Below, piece after piece: positions 1 to 10,992 of a DNA stretch of 64,000 nt. A model generated the notes under the pieces. That model made no database searches and was not told where the DNA came from. It saw only the letters and a program-made list of their open reading frames with translations. Where the stretch lies: the NCBI GenBank assembly GCA_046063245.1, contig JBJTLX010000212.1, positions 389 through 64,388 of the forward strand. The letters run 5' to 3'. This DNA is from Novosphingobium sp. (GTDB taxonomy: Bacteria > Pseudomonadota > Alphaproteobacteria > Sphingomonadales > Sphingomonadaceae). Each line of letters begins with the position of its first letter. Position 1 is the first letter of the stretch. Position numbers and translations under genes: made by a program.

Positions 1-1
1 T

Positions 2-424
2 GCGATTTCGGTCGACCAGCAGGGAACCGACGCATTGGTGCATGACCTCTCGACCACAGGATTGAGAATCGAGACGGATGACCCGCTCGAAGTGGGAGAA
101 CAACTCACAATCGAACTGCTTGGTGGCAACACGGTCGATGCCACGGTGGTGTGGAGCAGCGATCGTTCGTACGGCTGCCGGTTTGTTTCTTCCGTGCCGC
201 AGGGCTTGATTGGCGCGATCCTGTTGCAAGCCCCCATCGACCTGCCTTCGTGGGTGCCAAGACGGACGATCGAGGAAGTCGAACTGGAATCCGGCCTTGA
301 TATCCTGCGGCTTGCGAAATGGTATGAGGATTTCCAGAAGCGTCGATCGTCGAGCGGAGAGCAACTTATCGGCTTTCGCAAAGTTGACGACCATATCGTC
401 GCGTTGATTTCGCGCCTCAGCTGA
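2..424 (+). CDS. PilZ-domain protein (5' end runs off the window)
   Basis: Frame open from position 2; DLSTTGLRI (DxSxxG) and ATVVWS...YGCRF are PilZ beta-barrel motifs. Confidence 0.8.
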   Translation, partial: AISVDQQGTDALVHDLSTTGLRIETDDPLEVGEQLTIELLGGNTVDATVVWSSDRSYGCRFVSSVPQGLIGAILLQAPIDLPSWVPRRTIEEVELESGLDILRLAKWYEDFQKRRSSSGEQLIGFRKVDDHIVALISRLS

Positions 425-436
425 AGCGGACTTAGC

Positions 437-1795
437 ATGCGCGCACTCCTTTCCGGCTTCGCCTTGTCGGCGATCGCGATCATTTCGCTTTTCGGACTTC
501 GCGCGCAATCGACGCACCTGGCACCTGACAAGACTGCCATTCCAACCGCGGACTTCCTCGACAGCATCGGGGTGGTCTCGACCTTCCCCGATCGCGGCCA
601 ACCTGTCGAAAAGACCGCCGAGATGGTCAGGTATGGCGGATTTCGCTGGGTGCGGGCCGGGATCGAAGGATTGACCGACACCGGGCCGACGAACGTCGAC
701 ATGTTTGTGAAGCTCCATCAAATGACCGGCGTCAAGTTCAGCTGGGGTCTGGGAAGCGGCGGCAGCGACCTGGCCAGATTGCTGGAGACGGCGCGCACGA
801 TGGCCAAGGCCGACGCGCTGCTCGCCTTCGAAGGCAACAACGAACCCAACAACTGGCCCGTCACCTACCAGGGTGAAACCGGGGGCGGGCTCGAACAATC
901 CTGGCTGCCGCTCGCCAGGCTCCAGCGCGATCTCTATGCGCGCGTGAAGAGCGATGCTCTGCTGGGCCGCTATCCGGTCTGGTCGCTGTCCGAACCGGGC
1001 GCGCAGACCGACAATGTCGGATTGCAGTATCTGCGGATCCCGGCGGGTGCGAGAACCTTGATGCCAACTGGTACCCGGTTTGCCGATTTCGCCAACGTCC
1101 ACAATTACATCTATCATCCGCACTCGCCCTCGCCTGAAGACAACAAGGTCTGGAATGCTTCCGATCCGGGACCGGAGTCACGGGTCGATGGCTTGTACGG
1201 CAACTTTGGTAAGACCTGGCGCAAATGGTTCCGCGGCCATAGCGTAGCCGAGCTAGACCGCTTGCCGCGCGTTTCGACAGAGACCGGAACCGGCATTCAC
1301 GGCGATATCGACGAAGAGATGCACGGGCTCAATCTCGTCACGTTATATCTTGCGCAATTCAAGCGCGGCTATCGCTACACGTCGGTCTACCTGCTGCGCG
1401 ACCGGACCGACGAAGGCGGCAATCAGACCTTTGGCTTCTTTCGCCCGGACTATGCGCCGCGCCCGGCTGCGCTCTACCTTCACAATCTGACGACAATCCT
1501 GACCGACAGAGGTCGCATTGCGAAGCCGCGTTCGCTGGATTTCGCGTACCGCGACCAGCCCGATACCGTTCACGACCTGCTGCTTCAGCACAGCGACGGG
1601 ACCTTTCAACTGATTGTCTGGGGCGAGCGCCTGAAAGGCGAAGATCGGGTGACGATTGCGTTCGCCCGCCCGCACGCCGCCGTTACGGTTTTCGATCCGA
1701 CCGTCGGCACTGCGCCCGTCAGATCATTGAAGGGGGTGCGAAGTGTGGACCTGGCGATGAGCAATCATCCGTTCGTCATCGCGATCAAGGATTGA
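437..1795 (+). CDS. Secreted clan-A (TIM-barrel) glycoside hydrolase, EPS-associated
   Basis: Signal-peptide-like N-terminus; FEGNNEPN acid/base and STETG nucleophile-like motifs. Confidence 0.7.
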   Translation: MRALLSGFALSAIAIISLFGLRAQSTHLAPDKTAIPTADFLDSIGVVSTFPDRGQPVEKTAEMVRYGGFRWVRAGIEGLTDTGPTNVDMFVKLHQMTGVKFSWGLGSGGSDLARLLETARTMAKADALLAFEGNNEPNNWPVTYQGETGGGLEQSWLPLARLQRDLYARVKSDALLGRYPVWSLSEPGAQTDNVGLQYLRIPAGARTLMPTGTRFADFANVHNYIYHPHSPSPEDNKVWNASDPGPESRVDGLYGNFGKTWRKWFRGHSVAELDRLPRVSTETGTGIHGDIDEEMHGLNLVTLYLAQFKRGYRYTSVYLLRDRTDEGGNQTFGFFRPDYAPRPAALYLHNLTTILTDRGRIAKPRSLDFAYRDQPDTVHDLLLQHSDGTFQLIVWGERLKGEDRVTIAFARPHAAVTVFDPTVGTAPVRSLKGVRSVDLAMSNHPFVIAIKD

Positions 1796-2006
1796 ACGAA
1801 CTGGGCGCGGGATGGCGGCGCCAGCGGTTGCTCTTTGTGGGTAGCCCGCAACAGCAGGTGCAACCGGCCAGTGCTTGGGCCATGGTTGAGAGGGCTGACG
1901 CAGGGAAAGCAACCACTTGCGCGCGTCACCGGCGGGATTGGCGGTGCATATTCGCGCGTTCCGCGGCGTCGTCATCGATTCTGGAAAAGCAGGACTTGAA
2001 GCGACA

Positions 2007-3065
2007 ATGGCAAGCGTCCCAACCTCACTATCGCGCTATCGCAACCGGGTCCGGGTCGCTCCGGCCATGCAGGACGACGCGGGAAGCAGGATCGACTACC
2101 TTGACGGCTGGCGCGCGATCGCAGTTGGGCTGGTCATCGCCGCCCATACGTTGTCGGTCTATGGCATCAAGATTCTGGGCGTCGGCACGGTCGGGGTGTA
2201 TCTGTTCTTCGGGATCAGTGGCTATATCATCACGCGCCTGCTCCTGCTTGAGCAGATCAAGACCGGCTCGATCGACTTGACGGCATTCTATGTGCGCAGG
2301 TTGGCGCGCATCTTCCCGCCGCTGATTGTCTTTCTGATTGCAATGATGGTGGTCTGGCCTGACCGGGCAATCTTCGGTCAGGCCGCGCGCGCTGCGGCCT
2401 TTACCTGCAACATCGGTTTTGGCGGCGGCTGTGTCCGGCTTCTGGAACACACCTGGTCTCTAGCCTTTGAAGAGCAGTTCTATCTGTTCTATCCCTTGCT
2501 CCTGGCGGGGATCCGGCGCTGGTGGTTGCTTCCGCTCGCCGCGTTCTGGGCTTTGCCGTTCATCCTTCCCGTCGCCTATATCGGTCATGGCGGCTATCTC
2601 AGGGTCGTGGCGATCATGTTGCTTGGCGCGGGCTACGCCGCCTTCGAAGCACCGCTGTCCGACCTCGTGAAGCGCACGCCAAAGACCATCGTTGCCGCGA
2701 TGCCGATCATTCTGACATGCTGGGCACTGTTCGATCAGACTCCTCTCAAGATCCTGCTCGGTGCCATTGTTCCGTTGGCCGCGATGATGACGGTCTTTGC
2801 CTTGCCGGTGGCGTTCCCGGTCGTGCGCCGCGTGCTGACGTGGAAGGTGCTGACCAGGATCGGCCTATATTCCTACACCTTCTATCTGTGGCAGCAGTTC
2901 TTTTCCTATCCGTGGTCCTGGAACCGCGGTGTGCTCCCGGTGGTGGGCATCTTCGCTGGTCTGGCGCTTGCCGCGCTGTCGTATCACACGCTGGAAAAGG
3001 TTTGCCGCGATCGGGCTCGAAGGTTCAGCCAGCGCCGCAGGTCGCCGGCCGCAGGCGCTGTCTGA
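2007..3065 (+). CDS. Acyltransferase family 3 (OafA-like) membrane O-acyltransferase
   Basis: LDGWRAIA, GVYLFFGISGYII, FYVRRLARIFP and HTWSLAFEEQFY motifs; start may be 2067. Confidence 0.9.
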   Translation: MASVPTSLSRYRNRVRVAPAMQDDAGSRIDYLDGWRAIAVGLVIAAHTLSVYGIKILGVGTVGVYLFFGISGYIITRLLLLEQIKTGSIDLTAFYVRRLARIFPPLIVFLIAMMVVWPDRAIFGQAARAAAFTCNIGFGGGCVRLLEHTWSLAFEEQFYLFYPLLLAGIRRWWLLPLAAFWALPFILPVAYIGHGGYLRVVAIMLLGAGYAAFEAPLSDLVKRTPKTIVAAMPIILTCWALFDQTPLKILLGAIVPLAAMMTVFALPVAFPVVRRVLTWKVLTRIGLYSYTFYLWQQFFSYPWSWNRGVLPVVGIFAGLALAALSYHTLEKVCRDRARRFSQRRRSPAAGAV

Positions 3066-3202
3066 GGCGATCAGGCGCCTCCAAAATGCCAGTTTGCCAA
3101 CCTCGATTTGCTTAGCCTGCGATGGTACCCGGGACAGCGGATCCCGCAGCCACCGTTCCGGAAACTTCGCGATCAGCCAGGCGTTCGCCAGCAGCATGCC
3201 GG

Positions 3203-4210
3203 TCAGGATCGGAAAGTTCGGCCGCTCAAATCTGTCACTGCTGCATTTGGGCGGGTCTCTGCGGGCAGGCGGCCAAGCGCCATCCGCGTCATGTTGACCA
3301 GCGGCAGCAGAAACATCCCGTAAGGCGTTGTGTACTGCGCGTCGACCGACTGGCCGCGGCCGATGCCGTAAATTACCGGAACCTTGGTGTCCTCGCGCAC
3401 GGCAGTGCGGAATGTCCAGTCCCACACCGAGAAGATCAACCCCAGGTTCTTGTCCCAATGATCGAGCCTGCTGCTGTGGTGCAGTTGGTGCATATGCGGG
3501 CTGATTAGCACATAGTCGAGCGGACCGAGGCTGATCTGGACATGGCTGTGTTTCAGATGATTGAATGTCAGCACCAGTACCGCAAGGTTCGTCGTGAACA
3601 TCAGATCGACAAGATCGATGACATTCAGCCGGCAGAAGAACGACAAGGCCCCGAGCAGCGGCGCGATGGTTAAGCTGTGACCAGCCGTGTAGATCAGCGC
3701 TTCGCAGGGGTGGACGCGGAATGACGTCACTGGCGAGAGAAAGGTCGCCGAATGATGGACCTTGTGGAGTTCCCACAGCAGGGGGACGCGGTGCAGCGCC
3801 AGATGGGCCATATAGTCCCCCAGATCGAACAGCACCACCAACAGCAGGGACGCCCCGAAGATGCCCCAAGGTCCGAGCTCTGTCGTCCGCGGCGCAGTGC
3901 CAAGTCCGCCTATCACGTAGATGACGCCGCCGGCCAGGGCGAAGGCCAGGCCGTTTGACGCCAGCGATGGCAGGACTTTTCGCGATACGAACAACACGAC
4001 GTCGGCCACCGCGGATCTGCTCCGCCATCCGGACAGGGCGAAAGTCCGCTCCAGGAAGTCGGGCAATGTCCGCGGCCGCGGTTCGTGGCGCCACGCCAGC
4101 ACGAGATAGCTTATCAGCGAGGCCCCGATCAGCATGATCGGCGCCCAGACGAAGCCTGGGTATCGCACGAAGACACTGTCTTCGAGGAAGCCGGAGACAT
4201 GCTTGATCAT
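3203..4210 (-). CDS. Sterol desaturase / fatty-acid hydroxylase superfamily protein
   Basis: His boxes HLALH, HKVHH and HQLHH plus TM segments; ATGA overlap with the upstream GT4 stop at 4207-4210. Confidence 0.88.
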   Translation of the reverse strand: MIKHVSGFLEDSVFVRYPGFVWAPIMLIGASLISYLVLAWRHEPRPRTLPDFLERTFALSGWRSRSAVADVVLFVSRKVLPSLASNGLAFALAGGVIYVIGGLGTAPRTTELGPWGIFGASLLLVVLFDLGDYMAHLALHRVPLLWELHKVHHSATFLSPVTSFRVHPCEALIYTAGHSLTIAPLLGALSFFCRLNVIDLVDLMFTTNLAVLVLTFNHLKHSHVQISLGPLDYVLISPHMHQLHHSSRLDHWDKNLGLIFSVWDWTFRTAVREDTKVPVIYGIGRGQSVDAQYTTPYGMFLLPLVNMTRMALGRLPAETRPNAAVTDLSGRTFRS

Positions 4211-5547
4211 GACCGGTCCTTGACGGGAGTTGCACCGATCTCCCGATCCACAACTGGCAGCTTGGCCCGGAAGATCCTGATCAATTGTTCCGCCCAGCTT
4301 GGCGGAGAATGGCAAAGTCCGCCGGCGTGCTCGAAGCCGGCGCGGCTCATGCGCGCGAACAAGGTGTCGTCGCGCGCAAACCGGGCCAGCAGACCGGGCA
4401 GGGCATCATCCCGGTCGATGTCGAAGGCTTGCGCGAAGCCCAGTTCGCTAGCCTCGCTCGCAAGATAGGCGTGCGACGATACGATGACTGGAAGCCCGCT
4501 CATCGCTGCCTCGAGCAGGACAAGGCCGAACGGTTCGACAACCCGGCTTGGCACGATCAAGGCACGAGCCTGGCGTGCCAGTACGGCGATTTCGGCGCGA
4601 TCGCGCCACCCTGCAAAGTGCACGTCGCAGTCGCCCTGGTGCAGGGACTGGTCGATTTCTCCTGTCCCGACAATGGTCAGCTTCTGGCCCGAAACGCGTG
4701 CGGCGCGGATCGCCAGATCGGCACCCTTGTCCCGGCCAACGCGACCGACGAACAGGAAGCCCTGGTTGGCTTCGGCTTCGATCCGGTATTCGGTCCACGC
4801 TTCCACCGGATTGGGCACCGTCACGAGATCGTCCGCAGCAAAGCCGCCTTCGACAAATCGGGCCTGCATGCGATCGTGAAGGAATGTGAAGGTGGCTTGG
4901 CTGTCTCTGAACCCGGCACTCGCATTGAGGCGCAGCTGGCGAAGCGTGCGCCAGTACTTCTGCGCCGGGTTGCGGCGATCGCATTGGCTCGCCAGGCACT
5001 GAACGGAGAGCGGCCGTGCGGTGCAGGGCCGCGACGTGTTGTAGTGGGTCAGGCCGCCGTTCGGGCACAGGTTGAAGAAGTCATGGCAGGTGACGACCAG
5101 ACGCTGTTCGACCGGCCGCAAGGCTGCAAAAACAGCGGGAGAAAGGATCTGTGACCAGTTGTGGAGGTGATAGACGGTGTGAGGGGTGTCGTGCCTGGCG
5201 ATCCATTGCGAAATCATTCTTGCGGCAGAAGCGTTGTGCACGCCTTGGGCCATTGCGCGCAGGACAGGTTGCTCGAGCAAGGAGGCCATTCCGAGAGCAA
5301 CCTGAGCGACGCCCAGCCGGTCAAGCTCTGCCGACGGATGACCGCCACTGATGAAGGTGACCTTGTAGCCGCGTTGGCGAAGCTCCCTTGTTTCAAGCAG
5401 CGCTACCGCGGTCGCACCGCCCTGTGCAGCGGCGAAGTCGTTGACGATCACAATCTCACCGATCGGATCCGCAGCAGGGCAGTAGCCGTAACCATCACCG
5501 CCGAGCGGATCGGCTGACACGCGGGACAAGCCATCGTTAGCGCGCAT
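4207..5547 (-). CDS. Glycosyltransferase family 4
   Basis: FVGRVGRDKG and EPFGLVLLEAAMSG (EX7E); Cys-rich insert. Confidence 0.9.
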   Translation of the reverse strand: MRANDGLSRVSADPLGGDGYGYCPAADPIGEIVIVNDFAAAQGGATAVALLETRELRQRGYKVTFISGGHPSAELDRLGVAQVALGMASLLEQPVLRAMAQGVHNASAARMISQWIARHDTPHTVYHLHNWSQILSPAVFAALRPVEQRLVVTCHDFFNLCPNGGLTHYNTSRPCTARPLSVQCLASQCDRRNPAQKYWRTLRQLRLNASAGFRDSQATFTFLHDRMQARFVEGGFAADDLVTVPNPVEAWTEYRIEAEANQGFLFVGRVGRDKGADLAIRAARVSGQKLTIVGTGEIDQSLHQGDCDVHFAGWRDRAEIAVLARQARALIVPSRVVEPFGLVLLEAAMSGLPVIVSSHAYLASEASELGFAQAFDIDRDDALPGLLARFARDDTLFARMSRAGFEHAGGLCHSPPSWAEQLIRIFRAKLPVVDREIGATPVKDRS

Positions 5548-7096
5548 AGCCACCGACCTTCCTGCGCACATCCATCACAATGTGGCCGTTGCGCACGTCA
5601 AGATGGTGGCAGCCGGTAATCCCAGGCTCGAAATCGGGCGCAATGGCCCGTGCCTCCACCTCGTCATATTCGTCGAGCGAGAGGCTGCGTATCTCCATCA
5701 GCCGCAGCCCGTAACCGTATCGTCCGTGCGAGTTTTCCTGGGCTGGCCGGTAGAGCTTTCCATCGATGTCCAGGATCCGGCCGGCATTGCGGGCCCGGTT
5801 CGCATCCATCACGACCGGATTGAAAGCGTGCGCCTCGATCGTCTCGAGCGCTGGGCCATCGACGCGAAAGACATGCAGCTCCGAGTTCATGTCGATGAAC
5901 GGATCGCGCGACAGATTGGTGAACAGCCACCAGGTCCCGTCGATCAGGTTCAGCGTCGAGTCCGAGGCGGAAACGCCGTCCAACGCAGTGGCATGCCGCT
6001 CCCACCGATCCGGGAAGTCGACGCAGCGCCAAACTTCAAGCCGCCTGACTTCGCTCGTCTCAGGCAACATGTAGAGTTCGCCGCCATGCTCGAACAGGAA
6101 CGGGAAAGACAGGTGATAGCCGGTCTGCAGCACTGGCCGGACATCGAGCAGCTCGCCTTCCACCAGACGACCCGCCGAAATGTGCCCTTTCGCGGTGCGG
6201 TAATCGTATTCCTCGAAGAAGCAAAACGTCTCGCCCTCGTGGTCCCACAGAAAGGGGTCTGCAAAGTAGCTGTTGGTCTTCGAGACATGCGGACTGGCCG
6301 CGGCAGGATCGAAATCCAGCAAGGACCCATGGCTCGACTTGAGAAAGAACATCCCTGGTCGGCGGTGCGTTCGCGAGCGGACATAGTCGAGGCCGAGGTC
6401 GGTCAGGTTGCGGGTCAGATGGCGCAGATAGCGCGACATCTCGCCCGATCCGAGGTGGGGTCGTTCCGTGTGGATCAGGTTTTCCGGCTCATCCGGCCGA
6501 CCGGCCATCTGGGTCCGCCTTAACGCACGCAGGATGAGCGGGACCGCCTTTTCGCGCATGAACAACGCATTGCGCGCGGCTATGAATTTGGGGTTCAGCG
6601 CCGCTTCGGCGACGCCGACCGGTTGGCTTCGCCCGGTGGTCCTGCGGAAAAGTGCAATGCGCGTGACAGCCGTTTTGGCAGAGAATGAGGCCCAGCCCGT
6701 CGCAGGATCGAGAAAATCGGCGTACCAGACGCCGTGGCTTGCCAGATCGGGTGCGATCGAAGCGCCTTGTCCCGCAGACAGATCGAGTATGACATCGAGC
6801 CTTTGCGAACTTACCGCATCGACCGAGGCGGACGTTAGCAGCGACGCATGCGCTATCGCTTTGGCATATTCATCCCGATCTGCCGATTGCGGGCACGCAG
6901 CCAGCGTCCGCTCCAGGCCGGTCAAACAACGCGCGAAGGGGCTCATCGCGTGCCGGGCCGGTGTCGCATCAGACCGTATCAGTGCAACAAGCGAGATACG
7001 GGGTTCGCTTGCGATCTGCATGATCAAACGCGCGCACCAATCGGGCGGCTCGAGCGGGTGATCGAGCACCAGGCCTAGGCGCAACGGGGGGGTCAC
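5537..7096 (-). CDS. GINT1 N-terminal-like beta-propeller (GH32/43-like) protein
   Basis: FADPF...FFEEYDY...KGHI, HLSFPFLF...YMLPET, ARNAG and LYRPAQ...YG motifs; GTGA overlap with wzx. Confidence 0.7.
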   Translation of the reverse strand: MTPPLRLGLVLDHPLEPPDWCARLIMQIASEPRISLVALIRSDATPARHAMSPFARCLTGLERTLAACPQSADRDEYAKAIAHASLLTSASVDAVSSQRLDVILDLSAGQGASIAPDLASHGVWYADFLDPATGWASFSAKTAVTRIALFRRTTGRSQPVGVAEAALNPKFIAARNALFMREKAVPLILRALRRTQMAGRPDEPENLIHTERPHLGSGEMSRYLRHLTRNLTDLGLDYVRSRTHRRPGMFFLKSSHGSLLDFDPAAASPHVSKTNSYFADPFLWDHEGETFCFFEEYDYRTAKGHISAGRLVEGELLDVRPVLQTGYHLSFPFLFEHGGELYMLPETSEVRRLEVWRCVDFPDRWERHATALDGVSASDSTLNLIDGTWWLFTNLSRDPFIDMNSELHVFRVDGPALETIEAHAFNPVVMDANRARNAGRILDIDGKLYRPAQENSHGRYGYGLRLMEIRSLSLDEYDEVEARAIAPDFEPGITGCHHLDVRNGHIVMDVRRKVGGYAR

Positions 7097-8610
7097 TGGC
7101 CCACTGCCCCGCTTTTCGCGACACTCTGCTGCGGCGCTTCAGGACGAAACCGTGCAAGCAGGCGCCCGGCGACATGGAGCAGTTCGTCGACCGGGCCAAG
7201 GCGTTTACCCGAGGCGAGCCAGAGTCCGAGCACCGTCGCGCCATAGACCGCAATTCCGGTTATGACTTCGATGCCGAACTGGACAAGAGCGTTGTCCTGC
7301 GATGCCGCCAGCACCCTGTGGACCTGAGTGACCACAACGCTCATCGCGACCAACCCGGCGATCGTCGCGGCATGCGCATGGATCTGTTTGCCCACCGTGA
7401 TGCCGACCAGAATCCTGATCGCAACCAGCTCAAGCATCATCGCCAAAAACTCGACAAGGCAGCGGGCCAGGGCGGTGCCCAGCAATCCGCCGACGATGAA
7501 GCCGGCAACCAGCATCGGAAGCTTCACAAGCAGTACGATGGCCTGCAGGACGAACAGGATCTTGGTCCGCCCGACCGCCATCGCGACGGGTTGCAGGCCA
7601 ACACTGAAGCAGCCGAACGAGTAAAGCAGGGCGCTGATCTGCACGAAAGGGACTGCCTGGCGCCATTGATCGCCCAAGGCGATCCTTATCGCCGGTTCGG
7701 CGACCAGGGCCAGCATGATGCCCAATGGGGCAACCACCATCGCGAGGGTCGCCTGTGCCCGCAAGGTACTGCTGCGCAGACGCTCGTCATTGCCGTTCAC
7801 GATGGCAAGCCCGGGGTAGAGCGCCTGCCGGATCGGATGCAGCGTTTCCCGTGAAGGAATGACCGCAAGACTATCGGCCATGGCATAGACACCAAGCTGC
7901 GGCTTTGACACGAGCGTGCCTATGATCAGCTGATCGGCGCGCCAGTTCAGCGTTTCGCAGAGCTGCTTCAGGAACAGCCAACCGGAGAACGACCAGATCT
8001 CACGCAGACGGCTCAAATCGAAGCGCGGCCGATAGGGCACAATGAAATAGGTGAGGAGCGAGGCCAGAACGGCGCCAAGTGCATTGCCCGCGATGATCGC
8101 CCAATAGGAGCGCAGCATCAGTGCCAGCACGACGGCGAAAGCAAAGCTAAGTGCCTTCTGGGCAAGCTGGGACACCGCGATCGGCCCGAAACGCATGTCC
8201 TTCGTTGCCAAAGAGATCAACGGATTCTGCAGCCCTGCCGCCGCGCCGGTCAATCCTGAGACAAGGATCACCGGAATCAGGTTGGGCATCCGATAGATTT
8301 CCGCGAGGGGCCAGGCGAGCATCGCCAGCACCAGGATCAGCGCAAGCGATCGCAAGAGCGACATCGTCCACGCGGTGTCGATATGGCTGCGCTGGACATC
8401 CCTTTTCTGAATGAGCGCATTGGCGAGCGACAGTTCAGTGCATGACTGGACGATGCTGAGTATCGAGCTCGCGATGGCGACGATGCCAAAGTCGGTCGGG
8501 GTCAACAGCCGCGCAAGAATGACGATCGAAATGGCACCAAGCAGGTTGCCGATTATCCGCGCGCCGCCCAGCGACACTGCGCCTCGCGCCAGGCTTGGTC
8601 CCAGGCTCAT
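7093..8610 (-). CDS. wzx: Wzx-type oligosaccharide flippase
   Basis: ILARLLTPTDFG, ALIQK and LGVYAMA motifs; many TM helices. Confidence 0.88.
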   Translation of the reverse strand: MSLGPSLARGAVSLGGARIIGNLLGAISIVILARLLTPTDFGIVAIASSILSIVQSCTELSLANALIQKRDVQRSHIDTAWTMSLLRSLALILVLAMLAWPLAEIYRMPNLIPVILVSGLTGAAAGLQNPLISLATKDMRFGPIAVSQLAQKALSFAFAVVLALMLRSYWAIIAGNALGAVLASLLTYFIVPYRPRFDLSRLREIWSFSGWLFLKQLCETLNWRADQLIIGTLVSKPQLGVYAMADSLAVIPSRETLHPIRQALYPGLAIVNGNDERLRSSTLRAQATLAMVVAPLGIMLALVAEPAIRIALGDQWRQAVPFVQISALLYSFGCFSVGLQPVAMAVGRTKILFVLQAIVLLVKLPMLVAGFIVGGLLGTALARCLVEFLAMMLELVAIRILVGITVGKQIHAHAATIAGLVAMSVVVTQVHRVLAASQDNALVQFGIEVITGIAVYGATVLGLWLASGKRLGPVDELLHVAGRLLARFRPEAPQQSVAKSGAVGQ

Positions 8611-8659
8611 CCTGACGCCCTGGCGCGTGTGCCGGTCCGATCCTCTGCTGAAACCTGCA

Positions 8660-9610
8660 TCAGAGGGAGACGATCCGGCCGGGATCGAGTTGGCCGCGCA
8701 GCAGGTCGACCAGCGCGAGCAGGTTACCTTTGAGCCGGCCACGCCGATCTACGTGCGGTTCGGGCCGGATGCTCTTCACCAGATTGGCGGCCAGGTTTCT
8801 GCGGAGTTTGCACCAGCCCGTATCCGGCGGCATCGTACCCTTGCGGTACATGTAGACGATGTTGGCAACCTGCGAGTAGCCCAGCCGCCGACCGGATTGC
8901 CGCCCGCTGCGCGAGCCAAGATGGATTCCGGTTAGCTCCGCTGCTTCGATGAGACGCCCCCGCTGTCCGAGCTGGAAGGTCAGGTCCACGTCTTCCATCC
9001 AGCCATAGAGCGGCAGCGCCTCATCGAACCGCAGTTCGCCAAGCGAGTCGATGCGGATCGCCATGTTGCAGCCGTAGAGCGAAAATCGTTGCCGATATTC
9101 CGCCCGGGGCGGCCGCTCGCCGGCATCGTAAAGCCGGCGCTTGGCCTCCTCGAACGCGATCGGCTCGTGATTGATGCCATCGTCAACCAGCAGGCCGGTC
9201 AGACCGGCGATGGTCCGGTCACCTGCCATCAGGGTTTCGACTGCCTCGAGATAGGTGTTTGCGGGTACGAAATCGTCGTCGAAGAAGACCACGATGTCGG
9301 CATCATCCCGCACGGCTTCGATGCCGATGTTGCGCTGGCAACACAGGCCCCGTGGACCGAGCATGACATTGGCAGAGCTGCTGGCTTCGGCCACGCCCGC
9401 GACGTCCGCGTCGCAAGTTCCAACCACCACCACTCCATTGGCCGGCCTGGTCTGGTTCTCCAGCAGACTAACCAGTTTGCCGGTTGTCTCGGCGCGGCCG
9501 CACGTTGCGATAACGACATGTATTCGAAGGAGCTCGCCGCAGTTCGTAGTTCGCAAATCCTGAATCGGAGAATTCATTGGCACGTCCTGTCCAGTGATCG
9601 ACCTCGTCAT
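8660..9610 (-). CDS. Glycosyltransferase family 2
   Basis: VVIATCGR, QRNIG, FFDDD, YGCNMA and EDVD motifs; start uncertain. Confidence 0.9.
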   Translation of the reverse strand: MTRSITGQDVPMNSPIQDLRTTNCGELLRIHVVIATCGRAETTGKLVSLLENQTRPANGVVVVGTCDADVAGVAEASSSANVMLGPRGLCCQRNIGIEAVRDDADIVVFFDDDFVPANTYLEAVETLMAGDRTIAGLTGLLVDDGINHEPIAFEEAKRRLYDAGERPPRAEYRQRFSLYGCNMAIRIDSLGELRFDEALPLYGWMEDVDLTFQLGQRGRLIEAAELTGIHLGSRSGRQSGRRLGYSQVANIVYMYRKGTMPPDTGWCKLRRNLAANLVKSIRPEPHVDRRGRLKGNLLALVDLLRGQLDPGRIVSL

Positions 9611-9816
9611 GTCCAACAGCCCGCGGCGGGGCGGACACGCAAATGCCGACGTTACGCAAATCCAGATACAGGAACCCTTCGACCGCGATAACCGCGCTAG
9701 CCCGCAATGCCCACTCTGCCCCCCGCACGGTGCGCGCTCAGCCCATCGGTTCTACCCCTTTCGGAGGGGGTGGGGTGTGCTGGATAAGTCGTGGACAGGT
9801 CTTTCCCGTGTCCGCC

Positions 9817-10992
9817 TCAGCCGGGCAGTCCTACGCCGGAGATCAGGCGGGAGACGGTTCTCCTCGGGTAGGATCGGTACCGGCCCAACGGCAATCTGCT
9901 GGCCAGCGATACAAGGGCGTTGCTCCCGCGGCGCAACTGTGCGGCCAGACTTCCCGGGATGACGATCGAACCTTCCCGCAATGCCACTTGACGGTTGGCG
10001 AAATGCAGCTTGAAGTCCTCGTTGCCTTTGCCGAAGTCGATCGTCGTCAGCCCCAGTTCGGCTGCGGCCATCGCGCAATGGTTTACGAGATTGATCCCGG
10101 GTCCGAGTTTGGCGAGAGCCTGGTCGTAGGTCGGATACCACCAGTGGAGGACACTGCTGGTGCGCAGGCCGAAATGCGCGGCGATCAGGCGGTCCCCGGC
10201 GTGCAGAGTGCTTGTAACGCAGGCAAAATCGTCGTCCTGAGCCTGCCTTAGCCTTTCGATGACTTCTCCGGCCCAACCCGACGTCATCCGCATGCCGATG
10301 CCCAGCCGCGCATACTGGCAGTTCTTCATTTCCACCAGCTGACGGAAGATGGCGTCGGACGGATCGTGCCAGGTAAAGCGGATCTGCCCGAACTCGGCCT
10401 CGGTATTGCGATGGCGGCGGCGAACTTCTCGTTGGGCCTTGGTCCAGCGCGAATCCTGGCGCGCGACATAGGCCGCATAGCCCCCGGCAAGATCCATTTG
10501 CGGTGACCAGGCCTTGCTGTGGGCGGCATGGGTAAGTCCGGCAAAGACGGCGGGGAGGTGGTTGTAGTCGAAGGCGACCAGTCCTGCTGCGCCGAGCAAG
10601 GCTTCGCCGTTGACAGAGACATCCGGCGCCAGCACCGGCCCGTGATAGTCATTGATATGTCCGCCGATCGGTTTGCCGATCCTGCCAGCGGTCAGATGAA
10701 AGGGCAGGAAACCAATGACGTCGCCGGCCCGTTCGAGCACAGCCACCCGCGCGTCTGACCGTGCCTGCGCCACAGCCAGCGTGAACTGGGGCCAGTAAAA
10801 CGGATTGCCGTAAAGCGGATCGGCCTGGCAGAACTGCTTCCATAGCGCGATCAGATCCGCGTCGAGTTGGCCTGGCGTCAGAATGTGCCCGCGAATCCGG
10901 TGCTGCATAACCGCTCCGGAGATTCCGGCCTTGGCTTGCTCGCCCAGGTTCCGCTCTGGCACGGGTTGCAATGGGGAGACGGCTGGGGTCAT
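9817..10992 (-). CDS. GNAT acetyltransferase, CelD/BcsL family
   Basis: NPFYWP, DYHGPV, IAAHFG, YD...KLGPG and IDFGKG..DFK motifs. Confidence 0.85.
   Translation of the reverse strand: MTPAVSPLQPVPERNLGEQAKAGISGAVMQHRIRGHILTPGQLDADLIALWKQFCQADPLYGNPFYWPQFTLAVAQARSDARVAVLERAGDVIGFLPFHLTAGRIGKPIGGHINDYHGPVLAPDVSVNGEALLGAAGLVAFDYNHLPAVFAGLTHAAHSKAWSPQMDLAGGYAAYVARQDSRWTKAQREVRRRHRNTEAEFGQIRFTWHDPSDAIFRQLVEMKNCQYARLGIGMRMTSGWAGEVIERLRQAQDDDFACVTSTLHAGDRLIAAHFGLRTSSVLHWWYPTYDQALAKLGPGINLVNHCAMAAAELGLTTIDFGKGNEDFKLHFANRQVALREGSIVIPGSLAAQLRRGSNALVSLASRLPLGRYRSYPRRTVSRLISGVGLPG

Noticed and set aside
1792-2280. 162-aa ORF overlapping the hydrolase stop
   Set aside because: Arg/Ser-rich with no motif; overlaps the acyltransferase in another frame
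10957-10972. Sigma-54-like TGGCAC...TTGC
   Set aside because: GG-GC spacing is 8 rather than 10 and it lies inside a CDS
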